Of a stretch of 64,000 nucleotides of DNA, positions 56,930 to 64,000 are shown piece by piece. The notes beneath the pieces were generated by a model that saw only the letters and a program-made list of their open reading frames with translations, ran no database searches and had not been told where the DNA came from. Position numbers and translations under genes: made by a program. This DNA comes from Oligoflexales bacterium. Lineage in GTDB: Bacteria; Bdellovibrionota_B; Oligoflexia; Oligoflexales; JAPPIL01. The stretch spans positions 736,001 through 800,000 of the forward strand of contig OZ244057.1 of the NCBI GenBank assembly GCA_965215515.1. The letters are read 5' to 3'. Each line of letters starts with the position of its first letter. Position 1 is the stretch's first letter.

Positions 56930-57600
56930 TCGACAGCTTCTCCCAGGGCAGGGAGGATGTTGTCGAAGTGCGTGATTATCACGTAGGGAGATACTATGGT
57001 GTGCAAATTGCCTTCCGAGTCTATGTATGCCACTATCATAAGTTCGTAGAAATTGCTGTCGTACACTGCCACTACCAGACCATGCCAAAACTTTTTGTCC
57101 TTGTCGTGGCTGGTGAGCATTACCTGTCGATGTTCGTCGTGGTGTGCATCTATGCGAATCCCGCGCACTTGGTCGGTTTTGGCAGTCATGATGCTGCCGT
57201 CGTAGAGGTCGATGCTAACTTCATCGGACGCGAGAGCATCGGCAACGTAGCCCACATAGTCACGCCCTCCGCTGACAAAATGCACGTGCCGCCCCACTAT
57301 CTCCTCGGGACTGCGCACATATTGCTGTTGCAGTGCGACTCCTCGCAAAGCTGTTCCACCTCCGCAGGATAGGTGGGAGGTGCACATGAGCAGCGCGAGA
57401 CCTGCGCCTGCGATAAGTTTTTGCCTTGAGACGTGACTGCCCTGTCCTTTGACGACGAACTGTGTCAATTTCTGCGTTACCTTTGTGAGGCGTTTCCGCC
57501 CTTTGGCGAGCTGGAGATTGCCTTGTTTGCCGTAACCTGTGTCTGCTGTGCTGCTCAACAGCAAAGAAGCAAGCGCCAGAACACAGCTTCCTATGCGCAT
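56926..57600 (-). CDS. Hypothetical exported protein, paralog family member A
   Basis: AAGGAGG RBS, signal peptide, second segment LLMCTSHLSC and the motif IDAHHDE...GLVVAVYDSNFY. Confidence 0.8.
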   Translation of the reverse strand: MRIGSCVLALASLLLSSTADTGYGKQGNLQLAKGRKRLTKVTQKLTQFVVKGQGSHVSRQKLIAGAGLALLMCTSHLSCGGGTALRGVALQQQYVRSPEEIVGRHVHFVSGGRDYVGYVADALASDEVSIDLYDGSIMTAKTDQVRGIRIDAHHDEHRQVMLTSHDKDKKFWHGLVVAVYDSNFYELMIVAYIDSEGNLHTIVSPYVIITHFDNILPALGEAVD

Positions 57601-57654
57601 ATCTTCCTCCTTAATCTACGTGCAATAACTACCCGCTGGGGGGGCGGGTCTAAA

Positions 57655-58386
57655 TCATCGTGCCTGTGGTGTCAAGTTTTGTCGTTGTTGTTGCCAGGTA
57701 AAACGAATATAGGGAGCATCGTCTTCGGAGTATAATTCTTCTCGTGCGCCGAAGAGGTTAGTTTTGTGGGTAATTTTTACGGCTTGGATACCGTTAGTGT
57801 AGACGGCGATGACCGTACCGTCGTAGTGCGTAAAGCCCGCCATTTCGCTAGGCAGCGTTACCTCTTGTCCGACATCGGGATGGTCGTCGATGAGATAGCC
57901 TGCAACGTCGTCGGGAGCGGCGGTGCGTTCGTATCTGTGGCCGTAGCCACGCACTGTCACCGAGTGTTTTTCTACCGTGACAACTTCGGCAAGCATAGGC
58001 TGGTAGCCGAATGCGACGGGTTTAAGGATGTAGACATGCTGGCGAACGATCGGTGGTTCATTCTCTTCTTCCGTGGCAGTAAACTCACGTTGCGCGGTGA
58101 GCACGGCTGTACTGATAGCTTCGGCTTGCATCGCACTGCTGGGGTTGAACAGGCCAATTTCGTAGAGAGCGGGTTTCACTACCGCACACGAGAGTGTGGT
58201 GCAGGCAAATGCGGTCGTGAGCAGTAGTTGTTGGAGGAGAGGGTAGCCTGCGGTCTTGAACCCCCCCGCCTGGATGACACGGGCGATGATGCGCTTGTTG
58301 GTGCAGCTGTGTGCCCGTGCTGTCTCCGTGCCGTGGAGGGCAAGGACGGCGTAGAGCAGTAGGGCGGGGGTTATTTTGTTGCGCAT
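57655..58386 (-). CDS. Hypothetical exported protein, paralog family member B
   Basis: Signal peptide, AFACTTLSC and IDDHPDVGQEV...GTVIAVYTNG. Confidence 0.8.
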   Translation of the reverse strand: MRNKITPALLLYAVLALHGTETARAHSCTNKRIIARVIQAGGFKTAGYPLLQQLLLTTAFACTTLSCAVVKPALYEIGLFNPSSAMQAEAISTAVLTAQREFTATEEENEPPIVRQHVYILKPVAFGYQPMLAEVVTVEKHSVTVRGYGHRYERTAAPDDVAGYLIDDHPDVGQEVTLPSEMAGFTHYDGTVIAVYTNGIQAVKITHKTNLFGAREELYSEDDAPYIRFTWQQQRQNLTPQAR

Positions 58387-58406
58387 CGTGTCGATCTCCC
58401 GTGCGG

Positions 58407-59180
58407 TTAGGTTCTTGTTCCCGTGCCCTTGTACAGCAGAAAAACATCGAGGCAGAACAACGACGCAGCGAAAGCGGCGAGGATCGCGAAACCAGCGTAA
58501 GCACTTAGGTCGCTGACACCGAGAAAACCGTAACGGAAGCCGTTTACCATGTAGAGGATGGGGTTAGCAAGGGAAACTTTCTGCCAGATTTCTGGCAAGG
58601 TACTGATGCTGTAGAACACGCCGCCGAGGTAGGTCAAGGGGACAAGGATGAAGGTAGGTATGATGGAGATATCATCGAATTTCTTGGCGAACAGGGCGTT
58701 GAGGAAACCGCCGAGCGAAAAGGTTAGGGCTGTTAGGACGGAGAAGGCGATGATGATGAACCAGCTGTGGACTTGTAGTTTGGTGAATAGCAGGGAGATG
58801 ATGCAGACGGTTGTGCCTGTCAGCAAGCCGCGAAAGATGCCACCACCTGCGAAGCCGAGCACGATGCAGAAGTTGTTGATGGGGGCAACCATCAGCTCTT
58901 CGATGCTTTTCTGGAATTTGAGGCTGAAGAAGGATGAGCAGACGTTGATATATGAGTTGGAGATGATGCTCATCATAATCAGCCCTGGGGTGATGAACTG
59001 CATATAGGAGAAACCTTCTGCCATGCTGATTTTGTCGCCGATCAGCTTGCCGAAGACGATAAAATACAGTGCCATGGTGATGGCGGGGGGGATGATCGAC
59101 TGACTCCAGATACGGATGATGCGCACACATTCTTTGTGTAGTAGGGTGTAGAGAGCGATGCACTGCCGTTTGAATCCCAT
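58407..59180 (-). CDS. yadH: ABC-2 type permease (YadH-like)
   Basis: RIW.QSIIPP.IT..LYF, YMQFITPGLIMM, PLTYLGGVFYS and NPILYMVNGFRYG. Confidence 0.92.
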   Translation of the reverse strand: MGFKRQCIALYTLLHKECVRIIRIWSQSIIPPAITMALYFIVFGKLIGDKISMAEGFSYMQFITPGLIMMSIISNSYINVCSSFFSLKFQKSIEELMVAPINNFCIVLGFAGGGIFRGLLTGTTVCIISLLFTKLQVHSWFIIIAFSVLTALTFSLGGFLNALFAKKFDDISIIPTFILVPLTYLGGVFYSISTLPEIWQKVSLANPILYMVNGFRYGFLGVSDLSAYAGFAILAAFAASLFCLDVFLLYKGTGTRT

Positions 59181-59183
59181 CGG

Positions 59184-60122
59184 CTATTGTCTCGTGGTAA
59201 GGTTGAGGAACAGTTGTTCGATACGGTTGGTTTTATTGGTGATGTTTTTAATCTTGATGCCTGCGGCACTTAGTTTGTTGAGGGCATCGCCGAGCATTTC
59301 GACGGCGGTGATGTTTATTTCTAGTGTGTGATCGTCTATTTTGGCAATTTTGTATGTGTCCGTGCCGTTGGGTAAGGGGTGGGTATCCTGTGGGGTGAAG
59401 CGGTTTGCAACGGTGACGAGGAACGATTGGGTGCGCAGTTTAGCCAACAGGGCGTTGAGGGGTGAGTCTTCAACGATATGTCCTTTGTCGATGATGGCGA
59501 CGTGGTCGCACAGCTTTTCTACTTCTTCGAGGTAGTGGGTGGTGAGGATGATGGTTGTGCCGCGGTCGTTCAGCTCTTTCAGTAGCTCCCACATTTGGTA
59601 TCTTATCTCAATATCTGCTCCTGCTGAGGGTTCATCGAGAATCAGCAGGCGAGGGTGGTTGACGAGGGCGCGTGCTAGCATCAAGCGACGTTTCATGCCG
59701 CCTGATAGGCTACGGGATGTGGAGCGGCGCTTGTACCATAGTTTGAGTTTTTTCAGTACTTCGGCACTGCGTTGTCGTGCTTCATGACGAGACAGACCGA
59801 AGTAGCCCGCTTGATTTTTTACCACGTCGCCAACTTTTTCGAAGATGTTGAAGTTAAATTCTTGCGGCACGACTCCTATCATCTCCTTCACTTGCGTGCG
59901 GTCACGGTCGAGATCGTGTCCGAAGACGCTTATCTTTCCTGCGGTGCGGGTGACGAGGCTGGTGATAATACCGATGGTGGTTGATTTGCCCGCCCCGTTA
60001 GGGCCGAGGAGAGCGAAGAAACTCCCCTCGGCGATGGTAAAACTCACGTCTTGCAGAGCGATGGTGTCGGGGGTGTAAACCTTAGTGAGTCCTTCAACCT
60101 TGAGTGCTGGTGGTTTCTTCAA
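59184..60122 (-). CDS. yadG: ABC transporter ATP-binding protein (YadG-like)
   Basis: GPNGAGKST, VPQEFNFN, LSGGMKRR, LDEP and TTHYLEE. Confidence 0.93.
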   Translation of the reverse strand: MKKPPALKVEGLTKVYTPDTIALQDVSFTIAEGSFFALLGPNGAGKSTTIGIITSLVTRTAGKISVFGHDLDRDRTQVKEMIGVVPQEFNFNIFEKVGDVVKNQAGYFGLSRHEARQRSAEVLKKLKLWYKRRSTSRSLSGGMKRRLMLARALVNHPRLLILDEPSAGADIEIRYQMWELLKELNDRGTTIILTTHYLEEVEKLCDHVAIIDKGHIVEDSPLNALLAKLRTQSFLVTVANRFTPQDTHPLPNGTDTYKIAKIDDHTLEINITAVEMLGDALNKLSAAGIKIKNITNKTNRIEQLFLNLTTRQ

Positions 60123-60143
60123 AGGTAGTTTTTTCTGGTCAAG

Positions 60144-60824
60144 TTACGGGCTGAGGTCATCGAGAAAGCTAAACCCGCCATCCTCTGGCAGCACCGCGAC
60201 GTTGATCAGCAGTGTCTCTCTCACGTTTCTTACCGACTGACCGCTGTTGACGTATACTATCTCGTCGATCTCGATGATGTAGAAGCCGTTGTCGTAGACC
60301 TCTTTTACCTCGCCGTATTTATCGACATCGTGGCCGTTGCGTTCGCCGTAAACGAGCACCTCGGCATCGAGGTCAGGATGGTCAGGGATGACTCTGCCTG
60401 TCATGTGTTCGAGCAACACGGTCTTGCCGTAACCATCGTCGATCTCGATCAGTAGTTGACTGTCGTAGGTTAGCTCCCAGTAGCCTTCGTAGCGCTGGTT
60501 GTCGATATAGAAGGTGACGTATTGTCCTGCGGCATTGTCGCCAGGGTCAACGTACTCGGTGTCGGTAATGTCGAGGATAGACCTGCGCTCGGCGCATCCC
60601 GTCATCGCTAAGCTGCTGCACAAGACGAGGCCAGCAGCAGCGATTGCCGCAGCCTGCGGGGGTATTTTTTTCCTCAGGGCGGTGCTTACTTTCTCTTGCA
60701 GCGGTGGCAGCTTGAAGCTGCGGAGCGTCTCGCGCCAGGCTTGCAGCTTAGGGACAGGAGCAGCACTGGCAGCGGCCATAACCAGCATATGTACCAGCAG
60801 CACGACAAGCAACACGTTTCGCAT
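60144..60824 (-). CDS. Hypothetical exported protein, paralog family member C
   Basis: Signal peptide, LVLCSSLAMTGC and IPDHPDLDAEV...GEVKEVYDNGFY. Confidence 0.8.
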   Translation of the reverse strand: MRNVLLVVLLVHMLVMAAASAAPVPKLQAWRETLRSFKLPPLQEKVSTALRKKIPPQAAAIAAAGLVLCSSLAMTGCAERRSILDITDTEYVDPGDNAAGQYVTFYIDNQRYEGYWELTYDSQLLIEIDDGYGKTVLLEHMTGRVIPDHPDLDAEVLVYGERNGHDVDKYGEVKEVYDNGFYIIEIDEIVYVNSGQSVRNVRETLLINVAVLPEDGGFSFLDDLSP

Positions 60825-61001
60825 CACGGAGTCCTTTATGAAGAGCGGTTAACCCGACGACGCGACCGTCTAACCTCAGCCGAGACAGTTTGTCAATTGT
60901 TTTTTCCATTATTTTCTTCCTCCCACGCCCATACTTACTATAACCAAGAGTTTGTCAGTTGTAGTGAAGAGGGAGGGGATAGTGCGAGGCGGTGGCAACA
61001 T

Positions 61002-62999
61002 CTACAGGAGGGCGAATGCCCCTATAGGTGAACTCAGGCCTTCGGCGGTGTTGTAGTAGGGGATATTCTTCTGCAAACGATCGTAAGCCTTGCGCACTAC
61101 GCGAGCTTCCTTGTGTTTGTTGGCGCGTTGGTAGGCGGCTACCAACAAACGGTGGGCGGTGAAGGATTGCGGGTTGTTGCTGATGTGGTGGCGTAAGTCG
61201 GCAGTTGCGGCATCGTGTTTCCCAGTGTTGATTTTTATTTCAGCCCTGAGGAGGAAAAGCCAATTTTTGTGCGCAGATGTAATTGTTATGCGTTCTAATT
61301 TACGCATATGGTTGGTTAGCTGAGTGGATTGTTTTCCTCTCAACAGCATGAGGGCATAGGCATAATTGGTTTCCCAGCTGTCGTGCAAGAGCATACTGCG
61401 TGAGATGAGCTTGGTAGAGTGAGTATAATCACCACTTCTTCCGATTCTGTTCAGCGTGGCTACGCCCATAAAAAAACAGTAGAAATAATCTTCCCCATAA
61501 TTAATTGCATATTTTTTTATGTTTTTTATCAGGGAGCGATTACGAGAGTTAGCCATGCCTAATCTTATCTTCCAACGCTCGAGAAACCGCATGGATTCCT
61601 TTGCTGATGTGCCCCAGGTGTCTCGCTGATTCTTACTCACTTTGTTGAGCACTGCATGTAAAGCTCCGCTGTGACCGATACGGATGCTTTCAGTGCCGAC
61701 GATGCGTAGGGAGTCGAAGTTGTTATACAGGTGTACTAAACTACTTTTGCTGGAGATAGTTTGCCATGCCAGACGTTTGCTTTTCTCTGTCAGTTTAAGA
61801 CGAGCAAGAAAATGCACCCACCACGAAGCTGCGGCGTGTTCGTCGCTCAATTCTAAAGTTGTCAAGCGCAGTAATTCCTCGGCATTTTTCCGGTTGCCAT
61901 GGAGGTAGATGTGACGCATTAGCGTTTCGTAAACATAGCTCAGGGCAACACGGCGATTGCTGCGTCCTCCCACTGTATTCGCTTTGTTAAGGTAGCTGTC
62001 AGAGACGGTGTAGGTTTTGTCGCGTAAGGCAAGCAACAGCCAGGCGATAGCACTGTAAGAGTTATTCTCATGAGCAACACTCGGGACAAGATCGAAAGTG
62101 ATGTTGCCTGATTTATACAGATGTAGAAGTGCCTGTGCAAGACAAGGAAAAAAACTGCTGCCTCCCCCGACATGCTGGCACTTGTTTTTTAAAAAGCTAG
62201 TGACTTCGCTAAATTGCTTTCTTTTCAGGAGTAAAATAGTGTACAACAAAAGCGACTCGTCGTGAAGTTTGTCTATATTCTTGTGTAGCAAACCGTAGCT
62301 GCCCACATAATCGCCGCGCAGATAATGGCACTCAGCCGTGGCAAACTGCACCTCGAATTCCAACTCCAGTATGTTTTGTTCCTTCGTCTGTGACCTAAGA
62401 GCACGACAGCTGACCTCTGCTAACGATGTCGGCTGTACGACATACGTACTATCTTTGATATCACTAACTGCCGTGATCTCACTTTTATTTTTGGCACGTT
62501 CTATTTTTCCTGTCACTAGCTGGTGGGTTTCATCTAGCAGCCGATAGAAATATATGTCGATAAAGCTGCGATGCTCGTAGGAAAGAAACAACAGCATAGC
62601 GGGGAGCAGGACGATTGACATCTTAAAAAACCATGGGCTGTTCACTTTTTTTGTTCTGTAATGAACAGCATGGCTTCTTGCGCGCCGTGAGCGACGCGCA
62701 GATGAGCTCTTTCTTCTTTTTTTCACGTTGTGCAGCTTGTGATCAGTGGCTCTGTGTTTGTCGGTCGCTGCCCTTAACCTTTTCGTGTGATGGTCCTTGT
62801 CTGTTTTTTTCTTCTCTGGCGCAGGGAAGGCAGCCTGGTGGTTGCGCGATAATTGCTGTGTCGCATCTATCCTACCTTGCGACTCGTTATGAGGAGAATG
62901 TGCGTCGATGGCAGTGGTGTCATCATCTGGCAGTTGCGCCACACCCCCAGGGCGTGGCGGTCTAGGCAAATTTTTCTTGCTGTTCTTACCCATCGCCAC
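61002..62999 (-). CDS. Hypothetical membrane-anchored TPR-like protein
   Basis: Basic disordered N-terminus, one TM segment and helical TPR-like repeats. Confidence 0.7.
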   Translation of the reverse strand: MAMGKNSKKNLPRPPRPGGVAQLPDDDTTAIDAHSPHNESQGRIDATQQLSRNHQAAFPAPEKKKTDKDHHTKRLRAATDKHRATDHKLHNVKKRRKSSSARRSRRARSHAVHYRTKKVNSPWFFKMSIVLLPAMLLFLSYEHRSFIDIYFYRLLDETHQLVTGKIERAKNKSEITAVSDIKDSTYVVQPTSLAEVSCRALRSQTKEQNILELEFEVQFATAECHYLRGDYVGSYGLLHKNIDKLHDESLLLYTILLLKRKQFSEVTSFLKNKCQHVGGGSSFFPCLAQALLHLYKSGNITFDLVPSVAHENNSYSAIAWLLLALRDKTYTVSDSYLNKANTVGGRSNRRVALSYVYETLMRHIYLHGNRKNAEELLRLTTLELSDEHAAASWWVHFLARLKLTEKSKRLAWQTISSKSSLVHLYNNFDSLRIVGTESIRIGHSGALHAVLNKVSKNQRDTWGTSAKESMRFLERWKIRLGMANSRNRSLIKNIKKYAINYGEDYFYCFFMGVATLNRIGRSGDYTHSTKLISRSMLLHDSWETNYAYALMLLRGKQSTQLTNHMRKLERITITSAHKNWLFLLRAEIKINTGKHDAATADLRHHISNNPQSFTAHRLLVAAYQRANKHKEARVVRKAYDRLQKNIPYYNTAEGLSSPIGAFALL

Positions 63000-63121
63000 T
63001 TACGCACAGATTACTCTCCACTCCCCTTATCGTGCAACAAAATGAAAACCTTTACCTTAGTGCGCATGTTTTTGTGGATGCCCTCTTGTACTGCAGGCAA
63101 GACTGAGTTCGTGGCATGAAT

Positions 63122-64000
63122 TCAGCGCGGTTGCAAAGGCGAGAAAATTTCTGTCTGTAGCTCATACCATCCCGTTTCGACGAGCAGTGTGGTTCGTGCA
63201 AAAGTCTTTTGGGTCGCTCTGAATTCAGCCAAACTAGCTGGTAACCACAGTGTTAAACCCGCAGCCTGTGTGCCGTAGCCAAACCCGCGGCTGTAGAAAT
63301 AACGTTCGTGCTTGTGAGGGTCGTTGGCAGCGGGCTTGAGTAATATTTGAGCAAGAGCAGCTTGCACCTCACGGCTAGCACGATGCACAGTACTGTCTCT
63401 GGTGGTCAGAGTTTGCAGGTGGGCAAGAAAAGTTTTTACATCGCGATTGGCGGGAGCAAATTGATGGGCATTATTGGCCGCGGCCAAAATTAACAAAGGG
63501 TGCAAAAACGGATCGCGGCGGATAAACATGCGCAACGAGTGTGTTAACCTTTGCAGACTCTGCCGCAAACTCCAGTAATCACGGCGAGCAATTTCCGCCG
63601 TAACCACTGTATTCATCGTCGCCCACGTGTCGCGCTCGTAGTAGTGACGCAAATACAAATGCGGAATTTCATTCGCTAACCAATATGCCCCGTCTGCTCC
63701 TGCACCGCTGGTTTGAGCTAGTTGTAGACGTTGTGGATGGGTAATCAGATACTGTAAAATCTCTCGATAAGGCCAGCCGTTAGTTTGCTCGCGATTAGCC
63801 GAGCCGATGATGAAACGAGCACGCTGGCGCAGTTCATAGATAACCTCCAAGGCTTGCATGAGACAAGCATCGGAAGCATAGATGTCGATTTTGCGCCCGT
63901 GCAAGTGCGTATACTGCAAGTACTCCAGCGCAGTGCTGAGCTGAGCGATAGACAGATGCGAGCCAGAACTGTAATCGGGAGCAATGCCACCTGCATAGCC
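63122..64000 (-). CDS. Clostripain-like (C11) cysteine peptidase, partial at the 5' end
   Basis: IDIYASDACLMQ.LEV.YEL and GWPY motifs; the frame is open to the window edge. Confidence 0.85.
   Translation of the reverse strand, partial: GYAGGIAPDYSSGSHLSIAQLSTALEYLQYTHLHGRKIDIYASDACLMQALEVIYELRQRARFIIGSANREQTNGWPYREILQYLITHPQRLQLAQTSGAGADGAYWLANEIPHLYLRHYYERDTWATMNTVVTAEIARRDYWSLRQSLQRLTHSLRMFIRRDPFLHPLLILAAANNAHQFAPANRDVKTFLAHLQTLTTRDSTVHRASREVQAALAQILLKPAANDPHKHERYFYSRGFGYGTQAAGLTLWLPASLAEFRATQKTFARTTLLVETGWYELQTEIFSPLQPR

Overview
This is a gene-dense 64 kb bacterial chromosome window. Its gene repertoire suggests Bdellovibrionota/Oligoflexia or another deltaproteobacteria-like lineage (inference). 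Most of it is housekeeping or envelope function: ppk1, a pitrilysin-like M16 peptidase, tsaE, a MoxR-DUF58-BatA/B operon, recD2, hpf, a GltD-like oxidoreductase, a lipoprotein-DUF350-SpeE operon, ndk, an S8 protease, plsB, rsgA, greA, purN, fmt, a ClpX-like ATPase, a Sua5/YciO protein, lipB, a PduO-type adenosyltransferase, an aminotransferase, surE, a YadGH-like ABC transporter and a clostripain-like peptidase. RNA genes absent from the ORF track are tRNA-Leu(TAA), a tRNA with CAT anticodon (probably Ile2) and 6S RNA with a clear sigma70 promoter. No CRISPR array, prophage or intact IS was found. The most notable observations are: (1) two Rpn/YhgA genes with long 12-bp tandem repeats and SD-led internal starts resembling the RpnS antitoxin, one of them with a single nonsense codon that spares the internal ORF; (2) an AT-rich NERD + SF1 helicase + cold-shock-domain gene whose 3' end, together with the last rsgA codons, forms a 69-bp direct repeat bracketing an 11.5 kb block; (3) a family of IS3-like terminal repeats scattered through intergenic regions, including a nested MITE-like unit; (4) three paralogous exported proteins with two signal-like segments and a shared DHPD...VY.NG motif; (5) an orphan bufferin-type (DUF2282) precursor next to an XRE-HTH protein fused to a catalytically dead IrrE/ImmA domain.
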